A stretch of DNA of 64,000 nucleotides, taken from positions 2,100,297 to 2,164,296 of the forward strand of contig CBDCYU010000003.1 of NCBI GenBank assembly GCA_965224345.1. Direction: 5' to 3'. Of the stretch, positions 34,734 through 45,471 are shown in pieces (position 1 is the first letter of the stretch; each line of letters begins with the position of its first letter). The notes beneath the pieces are model-generated. The model searched no databases, was not told where the DNA came from, and saw nothing but the letters and a program-made list of their open reading frames with translations. Origin of the DNA: Dehalococcoidia bacterium (lineage in GTDB: Bacteria > Chloroflexota > Dehalococcoidia > Lucifugimonadales > CBDCYU01). The position numbers and the translations under genes are program-made.

Positions 34734-36158
34734 TCACGACACCGGCGGCCTGTGTCCGATCCACGGGCGCGCTCGCTCGAACGCCGCGGATGCGGCAAGC
34801 ACACTCTCTTCGTCATACCTGCGGCCAATAATCTGAAGGCCGATGGGCAGACCGTCCGGTGAGAATCCTGCGGGTACGGAGGCGGCAGGGTGGCCGATGG
34901 CGTTGCCGTGCATCGTGAACGCCCCGTTCCAGTACTGCACGGGATACGACGAGCTTCCCGTGATGCTGCCCGGGAAGGTCTCATTCGGAAAGGCGGGGAA
35001 TGACGACACGGGCGACATGATGAGATCGTACGTCTCGAACGCGTCGTCGAACGTTGCCTTCAGCTCCGCTATACGTCCCTCGGCGCGCATGTAGTCGCCG
35101 GTAGTGACCCGCGACCCCATCTCGATGAAGAAGCGCGCGAACTCCGTCATCCGGTCGCCGTACTCGTCGAGGTACTGCCCCAAGCTGTCGTACGCGCCCG
35201 CCGACTGGATAGGGCCGAACGAGTCGTACGGCTCAGGGAGCACCATGTTCACCTCCTCGACCACGCAGCCCAACTCCTCGAAGACCATCGCGGCCTTGTA
35301 GGTAACGTCCACGACCTCGGGGAGGACCGGGGCGAACCCGAAATCGGCGCTCCATCCGATCCGAAGTCCGTCGATGTCCCGCTCCGTCGCCGCCATGAAG
35401 TCGGGCGGCGTTTGCCGGATGGACGCTTGGTCTCGACGATCGAAGCCCGCCATGACCTGAAGAAGCAGCGCGGCGTCGCGCACCGTCCGCGCCAAGGGGC
35501 CTGGCTGCGAGAAGATGTTCGGCATCGGAGGCCCGTCGAGCCCGCTGTAGCCAGATACGCGGCCCTGCGTCGGTTTAATGGTGTAAATGCCGCAGAAGTT
35601 GGCAGGTATCCGCAGCGATCCGCCGCCGTCGCTTCCGGTTGCCACGGGGCACAGGTACGCCGCCACGGCCGCCGCCGCGCCACCACTCGATCCTCCGGGC
35701 GTCCGGTCGGTATTCCACGGGTTGTGTCCCAGAATCCCCAGGGAGTTTTCACACGTGCCCACCATGCCGAACTCCGGCACGTTGGTCTTCCCCAGCATTA
35801 CCGCCCCGGCGTTCAAGACCCGCTCGACGAAGGCAGCGTTCCGCTCCGGCACCCGGTTCTCGTACACGACGGACCCCATGGTCGTCCGAACACCCGCGGT
35901 CATCTGGGTGTCCTTGACGGGTACGGGGAGGCCGTGCAGCGCACCCAGCTTGTCGCCCCGCATCACGGCGTCCTCCGCCGCGCGCGCCCGCTCCATCGCC
36001 AAGTCGCGCGTCAGCAGGATAAAGGAATTGAGCTGCGGATCGAGTCGATCGATGCGCTCGAAGAACATCTCCGCCAGCTCCACCGGCGAGACCTGCTTCG
36101 TCGCAATCAGCTCCAGCAACTCAGTCGCCGGTTCGTATGCCAGCCGCTCGTCTGCCAT
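34734..36158 (-). CDS. amidase-signature family amidase (GatA-like)
   Basis: GGSSGGAAAAVAA is present, with conserved K and S-cis-S context (…PVPVKDT…GSDGGGSLRIPA…). The start is at MADERLAY after a GGAGG RBS. The track ORF starts 36 nt further upstream. Confidence 0.9.
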   Translation of the reverse strand: MADERLAYEPATELLELIATKQVSPVELAEMFFERIDRLDPQLNSFILLTRDLAMERARAAEDAVMRGDKLGALHGLPVPVKDTQMTAGVRTTMGSVVYENRVPERNAAFVERVLNAGAVMLGKTNVPEFGMVGTCENSLGILGHNPWNTDRTPGGSSGGAAAAVAAYLCPVATGSDGGGSLRIPANFCGIYTIKPTQGRVSGYSGLDGPPMPNIFSQPGPLARTVRDAALLLQVMAGFDRRDQASIRQTPPDFMAATERDIDGLRIGWSADFGFAPVLPEVVDVTYKAAMVFEELGCVVEEVNMVLPEPYDSFGPIQSAGAYDSLGQYLDEYGDRMTEFARFFIEMGSRVTTGDYMRAEGRIAELKATFDDAFETYDLIMSPVSSFPAFPNETFPGSITGSSSYPVQYWNGAFTMHGNAIGHPAASVPAGFSPDGLPIGLQIIGRRYDEESVLAASAAFERARPWIGHRPPVS

Positions 36159-36218
36159 AACTCTGCCTCCACCCCATCTCTCTGCCCTTGACACACACGC
36201 TAGTCCAACAGCCTAATC

Positions 36219-36821
36219 CTAACCTTCCTCGGGCGGGAACGGGTCCTGCTCACTAACCAACGCCTGCGACTCCCGGATCGACAAACCCCTTTTCCTCTTG
36301 TCTCCCCAGAGGCCTTTGATGTATGTGAGCACCCCGACTATCTCTTCGTGGCTTAGTCGGTCCCCGAATGCCGGCATGGCACTCTTGAAGTCCGAATAGC
36401 GAGGGTCCTCCAGCATCTTTCCACCCTGGCTCACAATTCGGTACAAGAGGCCGTCCGCATGGTGCCACGTATGCCCATCGCCATTGAGGGGAGGCGGCGG
36501 CAGTGTGCCATCGGCCTTCCCAATATGCCAGTCCGGTTGACCCTCGCCAGCAACTCCGTGACAGCCAGCACAATTTGAGGCGAATATCTCTCGACCCGTT
36601 GGAGGCTCCTGAACAGCGGGGACGCTGCCCGGTGTCGGGATATCTTCGCCAGGAGAAGACGAGCAAGCAGTCAAGAAGACCCAGGCGAGCATCAATATGG
36701 CGAAGGCGGCAGCGCAACCGGCGGCTCTCACAGCGATGGAGCGGACGCAGCGAACTGTTAGCAAGGCTCCTCCTGGTGCATCGGTGTCTGACTCGCCGCC
36801 GAAGTGAATTCCGCTCAGCAC
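36219..36821 (-). CDS. membrane-anchored/lipoprotein c-type cytochrome
   Basis: There is a single CAGCH heme-binding site and a distal SAMPAF Met ligand. An N-terminal hydrophobic segment ends in LTAC|SS. Confidence 0.8.
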   Translation of the reverse strand: MLSGIHFGGESDTDAPGGALLTVRCVRSIAVRAAGCAAAFAILMLAWVFLTACSSSPGEDIPTPGSVPAVQEPPTGREIFASNCAGCHGVAGEGQPDWHIGKADGTLPPPPLNGDGHTWHHADGLLYRIVSQGGKMLEDPRYSDFKSAMPAFGDRLSHEEIVGVLTYIKGLWGDKRKRGLSIRESQALVSEQDPFPPEEG

Positions 36822-37049
36822 GTAGTTGAAGTAGCGTCACCTTCAGAAATGCCGTCGGCGCGCTGCATCTCCCGAACGTAACAGATGATCTTCTCCACAG
36901 AATACGTCAGCGAATATCGTTATGCCAGTGGAAGCTGGCATCCAGGCATCGACGACCTTGAAAGCGTCAGACTCTGAGACAGGCTCTACTGCGAACTTTC
37001 CAGTGGGTGGCCACGCGGTAGCAGGGGGTGACCTCTTAGTAGAGTGTTC

Positions 37050-37201
37050 TATGATAGCATTTGAGGGCAATGAATTTGAGTGACCATCAGAACAGCGATA
37101 TCCGTAACTTGGCCATCATAGCCCACGTCGACCATGGCAAGACTACCCTGGTCGACGCGCTGTTGAAACAGGGTCAGGTCTTCCGGCCCCACCAACAGGT
37201 G
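37050..37201 (+). repeat. parental copy of the duplicated typA 5' segment
   Basis: It is the partner of 12831..12982 (inverted, 145/152 identical by hand alignment). It covers the TATGAT -10-like box, the GAGGG RBS, the ATG and 44 codons. Confidence 0.9.
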
Positions 37202-38914
37202 GGAGCCTTGATTATGGACACCAACCCATTGGAGCGAGAACGCGGCATCACGATTCTGTCCAAGAACGCCTCGGTCTCCTATGGGGGAATCAGGATCAAC
37301 ATCATCGACACGCCGGGCCACGCGGACTTCGGCGGCGAGGTGGAGCGTGTCATGAATATGGCCGACGGCTGTCTGTTGCTGGTCGACGCCGTGGACGGAC
37401 CCATGCCCCAGACCACTTACGTGCTGCGCCAAGCGCTCCAGCAGAACGTCACCCCCATGGTGGTCATCAACAAGATAGACCGACCTGAGGCCCGGGTGCC
37501 TGAGGTAGTAGAGATGGTCCAGGATCTGTTCCTGGAGGTGGCTACGAATGCAGAGCAGCTGGATTTCCCCGTGCTCTATGCATCTGCCCGGGAGGGCTAC
37601 GCCACAACGAGCCCGGATGAGCCTGGGGCGGACATGCAACCCCTCTTTGAAGCTATCGTCGACTCCGTGCCGCCGCCGACCGGGGACCCCGGCGCCCCGC
37701 TGCAAATGCTTGTTGCGGCTCTCGACCATGACAGCTACCTCGGACAAGTGTCTGTCGGCCGGATCACCAACGGCACACTCAGGCTGCGCGACGAAGTGGC
37801 CCTGCTGGGCCGCTACGCTGAGCCCACCTCCCATCTCGTCGAGCGCATATTCGTGTTTCGTGGGACGGAGCGGGTTGCAGTCTCCGAAGCCCATACAGGG
37901 GACATCGTGGCCGTCACCGGCCCTGAGGGCGTGTCCATAGGCGACACCATCGCCTCTGTCGAAAGCCCGAAGGCTCTACCGTCCATCGACATCAACGAAC
38001 CCACTGTGCGCATGACCTTTGGCGTCAGCACCTCCCCTTTCATGGGCAGAGAGGGAGACCACTGCACCTCCCGCAATCTCTACGGACGGCTGACGAGAGA
38101 GCTGCGGACCAACGTCAGCCTGCAGGTGGAGACCACGTCCAGCCCCGACGTGTTCGTGGTCTCCGGACGGGGAGAGCTGCACCTGTCCATCTTGGTCGAG
38201 ACCATGCGCCGTGAACAGTTCGAGTTCCAGGTGTCCCGCCCCGCGCCCGTCACCAAGATCATCGCAGGCAAAGTACACGAGCCCTGCGAGATTTTGAACA
38301 TCACCACGCACGAAGAGTACGTGGGCGTGCTGACCAAACACCTATCCGCCAACTTGGGCCAGCTGCGAGACATACGGTACGGCGAGGACAGTCACGTCTA
38401 CCTGGAGTACAAGATTCCCACACGAGGGCTCATCGGATTCAACGCTTTCTTCCTCCGCACAACCCGCGGCGACGGGGTGAAGAGCAGTATCTTCACCTCG
38501 TACGAACCGATGGAAGGAGAAATTCAGACCCTGCGCAGCGGCGTGCTTGTGGCATCCGAGGACGGCGTCGCCGTCACCTATGGTCTGCTCAACGCCCAGG
38601 GCAGAGGCGATACGTTCATCGACCCCGGCACCAAGATCTACGCCGGCATGATCGTAGGCTCCCACTCCCGCGGGGGCGACATCGAGATCAACGTCTGCAA
38701 GGAGAAGAAGCTGACCAACATTCGTTCGTCAACGGCCGACGTGGCGAAGCGCCTAAAGGCCACGATGAGGATGAGCCTCGAGGAAGCGCTGGCGTTCATT
38801 TCTGATGACGAGCTCGTGGAGGTCACTCCCCAGAACTTGCGACTACGCAAGATGGAGCTCTCCGCCGTGGACCGCAAGCGTAAGCGCCGCGACGGAGCCC
38901 GAGCCCGAGAGTAG
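37070..38914 (+). CDS. typA: translational GTPase TypA/BipA
   Basis: [32 protein letters not shown] is G1, DTPGHADF is G3 and NKID is G4. The BipA-specific C-terminal domain is present (…[16 protein letters not shown]…). Confidence 0.95.
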   Translation: MNLSDHQNSDIRNLAIIAHVDHGKTTLVDALLKQGQVFRPHQQVGALIMDTNPLERERGITILSKNASVSYGGIRINIIDTPGHADFGGEVERVMNMADGCLLLVDAVDGPMPQTTYVLRQALQQNVTPMVVINKIDRPEARVPEVVEMVQDLFLEVATNAEQLDFPVLYASAREGYATTSPDEPGADMQPLFEAIVDSVPPPTGDPGAPLQMLVAALDHDSYLGQVSVGRITNGTLRLRDEVALLGRYAEPTSHLVERIFVFRGTERVAVSEAHTGDIVAVTGPEGVSIGDTIASVESPKALPSIDINEPTVRMTFGVSTSPFMGREGDHCTSRNLYGRLTRELRTNVSLQVETTSSPDVFVVSGRGELHLSILVETMRREQFEFQVSRPAPVTKIIAGKVHEPCEILNITTHEEYVGVLTKHLSANLGQLRDIRYGEDSHVYLEYKIPTRGLIGFNAFFLRTTRGDGVKSSIFTSYEPMEGEIQTLRSGVLVASEDGVAVTYGLLNAQGRGDTFIDPGTKIYAGMIVGSHSRGGDIEINVCKEKKLTNIRSSTADVAKRLKATMRMSLEEALAFISDDELVEVTPQNLRLRKMELSAVDRKRKRRDGARARE

Positions 38915-39118
38915 GCGGCCCCCGCTGCCGATGATATTGCGGCGGCGCAAGCAGGCGAGGAGACGTTCACGGAGTTTCTGCTAAAATAGATCAACGCACG
39001 TGACCAGCGCACCCGGGCTTATGCGGAAGTGGGCTATCATCTGTCCCACTGTCTCGTCTTCTCCAATCCGCGCTGGCTCATTGTTCCAATCCACTAGAAA
39101 GAGGTACTTTTCCCCCGT

Positions 39119-40507
39119 ATGCCATCCATACCCATGACAACCCGCACCCGTCGGTCCGACCGTACGAAGCGCCACCCCGTGATATGTACCGCCTGTAATG
39201 CGTCCACGTCCGTCCCCTTCCTACCAAATCCTGACAGGCCCGTGTACTGCGGCCCGTGCCATCAATCCCGTCGTCACTGCCCTCCAGCCGCGGTCAAATC
39301 ACCCGTCAACGAGCCGGTGACGGGCCATGACTCCCGCGATGATACCGCCAACGCCGTGGATCCCGTATTTCCCGGAATGGCCCTGAAGGCCACTACCAGG
39401 CAGGCGATTGCACGGATGGACATATCCGAACCCACACCCATTCAAGAGAAGACCATTCCGCACCTGCTGGCGGGCCGTGACCTGATAGGTCAGGCACGCA
39501 CTGGGTCCGGTAAAACGCTCGCGTTCGCCGTCCCCATGGTGGAGCAGTGCGACCCGTCGGTCCGGCGGATTCAGGCGCTTGTGCTGGTGCCCACGCGGGA
39601 GCTGGCCATTCAGGTGGCCGAAGTCACAGAGGTCTTGGCATCATCGCAGCGCCTCCGCGTGACGTTACTGTACGGCGGCCGGTCGTTGAGGCCAGAGCAT
39701 GCAGCGTTGAGGAGCGGCGCTCAGATCATCATTGGCACGCCGGGCCGGACGCTGGACCATTTGCGCCAAGGCACCCTCGACCTGCGATCAGTACGATTCA
39801 TGGTGCTGGATGAAGCCGACGAGATGCTGGACAGAGGCTTCGCCCACGATGTCGAGGCGATCCTTGGCGAGACTCCCTCGGAACGCCAGACGGCGCTCCT
39901 GTCCGCCACGATGCCTGAGTGGGTTGCCAAGACCGCGGCTAAGCACCTGAAAGACCCCGTAACGGTCGAAGTGGACCCAGACCTGCAATCCCTGCCCACG
40001 GTGGACCACCTCGTGTATACCATCCGCAAGAGCGACAAGATCGAGGTCCTACAAGACCTGCTGAACGAGCGTTGCGGCGAACTGGTTATTGTCTTCGGCA
40101 AGACCAAGCACGGTGTCAAGAGGCTGGCGAAACAGCTCGACAACATGGGCTATCCCGTTGGGGCGCTTCAGGGCAACCTCAGTCAGAACGCCCGCGAGCG
40201 TGTGATGAAGGACTTCCGTTCCGGCGACGCCCCAATCCTGGTTGCAACGAATGTCGCTGCCAGAGGCCTGGACGTCGAGGGTATCGAACAGGTCATCAAC
40301 TATGACCTGCCGGACACAGAGCTGCTCTTCACACACCGGGTCGGACGAACTGGCCGTATGGGCCGCTCCGGCGAGGCGGTGACGTTCATCACTCCGGATG
40401 AAGAGCAGAAGTGGCGGGAGATCGAGCGGGGCCTCGGCCGCCGGTTCAAACGCATGCCCTGGAGTGTCGCCCGTCAGAAAGCGCAGTCTCGAGAGAGCTA
40501 CGCGTAG
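39119..40507 (+). CDS. DEAD-box ATP-dependent RNA helicase with an N-terminal CxxC...CxxC zinc ribbon
   Basis: The motifs are Q (PTPIQ), I (AQTGSGKT as ARTGSGKT), II (DEAD), III (SAT) and VI (HRVGRTGR). The N-terminus is CTACNASTSVPFLPNPDRPVYCGPCH. Confidence 0.9.
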   Translation: MPSIPMTTRTRRSDRTKRHPVICTACNASTSVPFLPNPDRPVYCGPCHQSRRHCPPAAVKSPVNEPVTGHDSRDDTANAVDPVFPGMALKATTRQAIARMDISEPTPIQEKTIPHLLAGRDLIGQARTGSGKTLAFAVPMVEQCDPSVRRIQALVLVPTRELAIQVAEVTEVLASSQRLRVTLLYGGRSLRPEHAALRSGAQIIIGTPGRTLDHLRQGTLDLRSVRFMVLDEADEMLDRGFAHDVEAILGETPSERQTALLSATMPEWVAKTAAKHLKDPVTVEVDPDLQSLPTVDHLVYTIRKSDKIEVLQDLLNERCGELVIVFGKTKHGVKRLAKQLDNMGYPVGALQGNLSQNARERVMKDFRSGDAPILVATNVAARGLDVEGIEQVINYDLPDTELLFTHRVGRTGRMGRSGEAVTFITPDEEQKWREIERGLGRRFKRMPWSVARQKAQSRESYA

Positions 40508-40726
40508 GGGCATCTTCACCCTCAAAGAGGGGACTCTCTCGGAAACGGCGAGTCTTCATGCGAAACTTCGCAAAGGGCATCGAAATCGCTGGGAACGATG
40601 CCTCCCTCCACGTATACAATGCCCATGCCGCCCAAGGGGATTGCCAGCGAGGCAGCATCGGTTCTCGATTTTGTACAGTCAGCGTACCATGCCGTGCCAT
40701 TCCCATCCCGAGCACGGCAGCATACT

Positions 40727-41338
40727 ATGAAGGGCACATTCCAGCTAGTCCTGATAGCCGCCATAGCCCTGACGGTCGTCGGGGCTATGGTCCTCCTGTT
40801 CCGTACATCTTCGCCAGGCGGCGTGGAGGTCATCCTGCCTGCGGCCACCGCGACGCCCAAGCTTGATATCCGTATCCACGTGAAGGGCGAAGTAAGACAT
40901 CCGGGCGTCTACGCCCTAAACGACGGCGACCGGCTGGAGCAAGCCATCGAGGCCGCGGGCGGCCTGACATCCGACGCCGACCTGATGGCGATCAACCTCG
41001 CTCGCCGCGTCAGGGACGAGGACGAGTGGTACATCCCCAAGGTGGGTGAGAGCACGGTCTCCGCGACGGTCCAGAGCCCCTCCGATACAGCCAGACCCGA
41101 CGACAACCCCGCGCCGTCCGCACAGGCTCCACCCTCCGTGGACAAGATCGATATCAACTCTGCGACCGTAGCGCAGCTCAGGGATGGACTGCCCGGCATC
41201 GGAGACGTCCGGGCCCAGGCCATCGTCAGCTATCGAGAGGCCAATGGCAGGTTCTCCAGCGTTGCCGAGCTGCTGGATGTCCACGGTATCGGCCCCAAGA
41301 CCCTGGAGCAGGTCCGCGATCTGGTCGAGGCCCGCTGA
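40727..41338 (+). CDS. comEA: ComEA family DNA-binding protein (SLBB + tandem helix-hairpin-helix)
   Basis: The start is at MKGTFQLVLIAAIALTVVGAMVLL (TM anchor). The SLBB-like region is HVKGEVRHPGVYAL and the HhH region is IDINSATVAQLRDGLPGIGDVRAQAIVSYREANGRFSSVAELLDVHGIGPKTLE. Confidence 0.85.
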   Translation: MKGTFQLVLIAAIALTVVGAMVLLFRTSSPGGVEVILPAATATPKLDIRIHVKGEVRHPGVYALNDGDRLEQAIEAAGGLTSDADLMAINLARRVRDEDEWYIPKVGESTVSATVQSPSDTARPDDNPAPSAQAPPSVDKIDINSATVAQLRDGLPGIGDVRAQAIVSYREANGRFSSVAELLDVHGIGPKTLEQVRDLVEAR

Positions 41339-41356
41339 GCCCCCCTAACGCCCCAC

Positions 41357-43786
41357 GTGACCCTGCTCATCATAGCCGCCTCCTTCGTCTTCGGCGTCCT
41401 CCTCGCCTCCCAGGTCGACGTGCGGGACTCCGTCCTGTTGCTCCTGCTGCTGGCGGGCCTCTTGGCCGTGCCTCTGCTAATCAGCATGCGGCGGAGCCCT
41501 CTTGCGGCCGTTGCGACGGTGGCGCTGGTCCTGGGCGTCATGCGGGTCGACCTAGCCTGGGAAGACCCCACCATCGCGCTCAAGGCGTATCACGGCTCCT
41601 CCGTACAGGTCGAGGGGACCGTTTCCGAGGAGCCCAGCGTGGACCACACGGTCGCCCGATTCCCTCTGCGGGTGGATAGGATCAGGACAGAAGGTGCGTG
41701 GGAAGAGACCGCCGGGGTGGTGCTGGTCACCCATAGCCGGTTCGCCCTTCTTGGGGTCGAGGAGGGGCGAGACATCCAATACGGCGACCGGCTGAAGCTG
41801 GAGGGGAGACTCGAGCCGCCTCCGAAGTGGGAGGGGTTTGACTACCCCGCCTTCCTGGCGCGGCAGGGTATCGGCACGGTGGTCTCCTTCCCTGACATTA
41901 CCGTCGATCCGGAGAGGGCCCTACACCCCCTTACACTCCTCCATGACTACCGTCGCGACTTCGCCGCTTCCCTGGAGCGAGTCGTGCCGGAGCCGCAGGC
42001 GTCGATGGGCAAGGCGCTGCTCCTGGGCATCAGGGACAGCCTCCCGGAAGAGCTCGTGGAGAGCTTTCGTGAGACGGGCGCCTCCCACATCCTGGCCATC
42101 TCAGGGCTGCACGTCGGCATCCTGCTGGCGATGAGCTTGGCCCTGAGCACCTGGGCGCTGGGAAGACGCCGACACCTGTACCTGCTGGTCCCCCTGCTCC
42201 TGATCTGGCTCTACGCTGTCGTCTCGGGCATGTCCCCGTCGGCCATCAGGGCGTCCATCATGGGGAGCGTCTACCTGGCCGCAATGCTCCTGGGTAGGCC
42301 CCGCAGCGTACTGCCGGCCCTGGGGCTGGCGGCGGCTGTCATGGTGGCGGTGAGCCCGGAGGTGGTCTGGAGCGTCTCGTTCCAGCTCAGCTTCGCCGCC
42401 ATGGGGGGAATCGCGCTACTGGCGGAGCCGATGGACGAGTGGATGCGGCGCATGTCCGCAGACCGGCTGGACCGGTCGAAGCTCCTGGCGCCGGCCCTGA
42501 GGGCGTTGTCGTCCACGACGGCAATGACGGTCGCAGCGACCGTCGCCACGCTGCCCCTGATCGCCTTCTACTTTCAGCGAGTGTCGCTGGTGGGGCTGCC
42601 GACCACGGCCCTGGTGCTGCCCGCGGTACCGGGCGTCCTTGTGACGCAGGCCGCGGCGGGCGCCGTCGGGATGATCGACACGACCATTGCCAAGCCGCTG
42701 GGCTGGCTCGCGTGGCTGCCCACCGTGTACGTCACACAGGTGGCCCACGCCATGGCGCGTCTGCCCGTCGCCTCTGTCGAGACCGGCAGGGTCGCCCACG
42801 CCCTCGTCTTTGCATACTACGGCGCCCTGGCTGCGGTGTACGCCACCGTCGTACACCGCCAACGGCTGGTGCGCTGGACGCGCGGTCTCAGGAACCTGGA
42901 GATGCCCCTGCCCCGCGCAGTCGATAGAGACGTAAGGTGGCTGCTGCTGCCCGTCATATCCGCAGGGGCTCTGGTGTGGGCGGCGGCGCTGACGCTCCCC
43001 GGCGATAATCTACAGGTGACCTTCCTGGACGTCGGCCAGGGAGACGCGGCCTTTATCGAGACCCCCGGCGGACGCCAGATCCTCGTGGACGGCGGCCCGG
43101 ACAGCGATCGTCTGATGCACCTGCTGGGCGAGAGGATGCCCTTCATGGACCGCACCATCGAGCTGGTGGTGCTGACCCACGGGCACGCGGACCACGTCAG
43201 CGGCTTGACCGAGGCGCTCCGCCGCTTCGAGGTCAAGCGAATCTTGCAACGGGAAACCGAGCTCGACAGCCCCTCGTACCAAGCGTGGCGCAGCGCGGTG
43301 GAGCTGGAGGGCGCCGAGGTGATCGAGGCGCGCCGAGGTCAGATGATCACGACCGACGACGGCTTGCTCATTCAAGTGGTCGGCCCGCCGGAGACCCTCC
43401 TTCGAGGCACCCGGTCCGACGTGGACAACGCCTCCGTCGTCATCAGGCTGGTCTACGGAGACATCAGCTTCCTGTTGACCGGAGACATGTTCGCCGAGGC
43501 CGAGAGGGCGCTGGTCTCCGCCGGGGCCGGCGTCGACAGCGACGTCCTGAAGGTCGGCCACCACGGAAGCCGGAGCTCTTCGTCGGACGCATTCCTCGCC
43601 GCCGTCAGCCCGGCCATCGCCGTGGTCCCCGCCGGGAAGGACAACAGCTTCGGCCATCCCCACGGGGAGACGCTGGAGGCGCTGCAGCCCTGGGTCCCCG
43701 ACGCGGGGCTGTTTGTTACCAGCGACAGCGGCGCCGTCGAGATAACCACCGACGGCGAGAATCTGTGGGTCGACACAGAGCGCTGA
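41357..43786 (+). CDS. comEC: DNA internalization competence protein ComEC/Rec2 (DUF4131 + competence channel + metallo-beta-lactamase domain)
   Basis: A multi-TM competence domain (…[18 protein letters not shown]…) is followed by the C-terminal MBL motif [12 protein letters not shown] and KVGHHGS. Confidence 0.9.
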   Translation: MTLLIIAASFVFGVLLASQVDVRDSVLLLLLLAGLLAVPLLISMRRSPLAAVATVALVLGVMRVDLAWEDPTIALKAYHGSSVQVEGTVSEEPSVDHTVARFPLRVDRIRTEGAWEETAGVVLVTHSRFALLGVEEGRDIQYGDRLKLEGRLEPPPKWEGFDYPAFLARQGIGTVVSFPDITVDPERALHPLTLLHDYRRDFAASLERVVPEPQASMGKALLLGIRDSLPEELVESFRETGASHILAISGLHVGILLAMSLALSTWALGRRRHLYLLVPLLLIWLYAVVSGMSPSAIRASIMGSVYLAAMLLGRPRSVLPALGLAAAVMVAVSPEVVWSVSFQLSFAAMGGIALLAEPMDEWMRRMSADRLDRSKLLAPALRALSSTTAMTVAATVATLPLIAFYFQRVSLVGLPTTALVLPAVPGVLVTQAAAGAVGMIDTTIAKPLGWLAWLPTVYVTQVAHAMARLPVASVETGRVAHALVFAYYGALAAVYATVVHRQRLVRWTRGLRNLEMPLPRAVDRDVRWLLLPVISAGALVWAAALTLPGDNLQVTFLDVGQGDAAFIETPGGRQILVDGGPDSDRLMHLLGERMPFMDRTIELVVLTHGHADHVSGLTEALRRFEVKRILQRETELDSPSYQAWRSAVELEGAEVIEARRGQMITTDDGLLIQVVGPPETLLRGTRSDVDNASVVIRLVYGDISFLLTGDMFAEAERALVSAGAGVDSDVLKVGHHGSRSSSSDAFLAAVSPAIAVVPAGKDNSFGHPHGETLEALQPWVPDAGLFVTSDSGAVEITTDGENLWVDTER

Positions 43787-43842
43787 TCTGTCAACGCCCT
43801 ATGCTATACTCGTCCCCCCACTCTCCATCCGGAGGTCAGCCC

Positions 43843-44556
43843 TTGAAACGCACCGACGGCCGCGCGGCCAACCAGCTGAGGCCATTGCGCATAGAGCTCG
43901 GCGCCCAGGAGTTCGCCGAAGGGTCGGTCCTGATCGAGACGGGAAAGACCAAGGTGCTGTGCGCCGTCAGCATCGAGGAGCGTGTCCCCGGGTTCCTCAG
44001 GGGCTCCGGCCAGGGATGGATCACAGCCGAGTACTCGATGCTTCCCCGCTCGACCACGACCCGCACACCGAGGGAGTCCCGGGAGGGAGGAAGGGTCCGC
44101 GAGATCCAGCGCCTGATCGGACGGTCTCTCAGGGCGGCCGTGAACCTGCGGCGCCTGGGAGAGCGCACCCTCACCGTGGACTGCGACGTCCTGCAGGCCG
44201 ACGGGGGCACGCGTACCGCGGCGATCACCGGGGCGTACGTGGCGCTGCGCCAAGCGCTGGACGGACTGGTCCGGCGGGAGGCCGTCTCGGAGCTGCCCCT
44301 CAGGAGCGCCGTGGCCGCCGTGAGCGTGGGCATCGTCGACGGCGGCGTTCTGCTGGACCTCTGCTATGAGGAGGACGTCCGGGCCGACGCGGACTTCAAC
44401 GTGGTGATGACCGACCGGGCCGAGTTCGTGGAGGTGCAGGGCACCGCCGAGGGCCAGACCTTCTCCAAGGCCACCCTCGACGAGGTGCTGAGGCTGGCGG
44501 AACAGGGTGTGGGAGACCTGCTGCAGGCCCAGCGGCAGGCCATCGGCGACCTCTGA
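43843..44556 (+). CDS. rph: ribonuclease PH
   Basis: A TTG start lies 7 nt after [37 protein letters not shown]…[23 protein letters not shown] matches RNase PH. The upstream part of track ORF 43285..44556 is out-of-frame overlap with comEC. Confidence 0.9.
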   Translation: MKRTDGRAANQLRPLRIELGAQEFAEGSVLIETGKTKVLCAVSIEERVPGFLRGSGQGWITAEYSMLPRSTTTRTPRESREGGRVREIQRLIGRSLRAAVNLRRLGERTLTVDCDVLQADGGTRTAAITGAYVALRQALDGLVRREAVSELPLRSAVAAVSVGIVDGGVLLDLCYEEDVRADADFNVVMTDRAEFVEVQGTAEGQTFSKATLDEVLRLAEQGVGDLLQAQRQAIGDL

Positions 44557-44627
44557 CGTCTCTTTTCATCACCCAGGGTCGACCACTCTGGGGCAGGCCA
44601 TCTCCGGCCGCCGCGGAAACTCCCCGC

Positions 44628-45242
44628 CTACTGCATCGGCGAGAAGCTCAGCGGCAGGAGCAGCTTGGTCTCCTGTCGCACCGGCACTACGTCCGACTTC
44701 GGCGGCCAGACGCCGCTATCCATCGCCCTCTGCCTGATGCGGCTCCGCTCATCGGCGCTGCGGTAGGCCCACATGTGTATGAACCTGTTGAGGCCGCCGA
44801 TCTCCGAGTACCAGCAGCCAGCCAGGGGCGACAGCTTCTCCCGCTCCTCGATGGCATTTCCCCAGTCCTCCAAGACCTGGGGTATGGTCTCGTTGGGGTA
44901 GGTGTATATCCTCATCTCGTATAGCGGGCCGATGCTGCACTCGGTAAGAGGCCTCATAAAGGGCGCGGGGTGGAATATCTCCGACCGCATGTCGAGGGTG
45001 AACTCCGCGTTGTTCGGGGGCCAGATGCCGTCGGCAATGACCGTGGAGCGTATCTCGAGCCGCTGGTTCAGGTCCTCGTAAGGCCATATGTGGACCACCT
45101 GGTTGAGGGGGCCGATCTCGGTCCTCCAGAAGCCGCCCAGTTGGGAGTACTTGACCCTGTTGCCGATCTTTTCGGCGGTCCGCCTCTCGTACTCCGGCAA
45201 ACTGCGCGGCTTCAGGTCGTAGGTGCGTATCTCGTGGATCAT
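44628..45242 (-). CDS. NIPSNAP family protein (two NIPSNAP repeats)
   Basis: MIHEIRTYDLKPRSLPEYE… and a second …YEMRIYTYPNETIPQVLEDW… repeat are present, each followed by (H)(I/M)W.Y…R. Confidence 0.85.
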   Translation of the reverse strand: MIHEIRTYDLKPRSLPEYERRTAEKIGNRVKYSQLGGFWRTEIGPLNQVVHIWPYEDLNQRLEIRSTVIADGIWPPNNAEFTLDMRSEIFHPAPFMRPLTECSIGPLYEMRIYTYPNETIPQVLEDWGNAIEEREKLSPLAGCWYSEIGGLNRFIHMWAYRSADERSRIRQRAMDSGVWPPKSDVVPVRQETKLLLPLSFSPMQ

Positions 45243-45409
45243 CTAAGGGAACCTCCTGCCAAGTATGCGAGTCACACGTCACATCGAAAATAGCCTACTC
45301 ATGGACGGCGCCCGCGTCAAGACATACTGGTTCATGTTGCCCCATCCGTAGGACGATTCACGCAGGTACCGGCGACTTCTCTAGACAGCGCTTGTCGGGT
45401 CGGCGTGAT

Positions 45410-45438
45410 TTGACCGACATGATGGGCGTCCGTACAAT
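45410..45438 (+). promoter_or_regulatory. candidate sigma-70-type promoter (TTGACC-17 nt-TACAAT)
   Basis: TTGACC is at 45410-45415 and TACAAT at 45433-45438, about 34 nt upstream of the ATG at 45472. Confidence 0.45.
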
Positions 45439-45471
45439 GGCTCGCACGAAGTAACCAAAGTGAGGTGCCGC

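Noticed and set aside
36843-37070. A 75-aa minus-strand ORF in the typA upstream region, and a 64-aa ORF at 38981..39175.
   Set aside because: Neither has an RBS or family signal. Both overlap promoter/leader regions of well-supported genes and are probably spurious.
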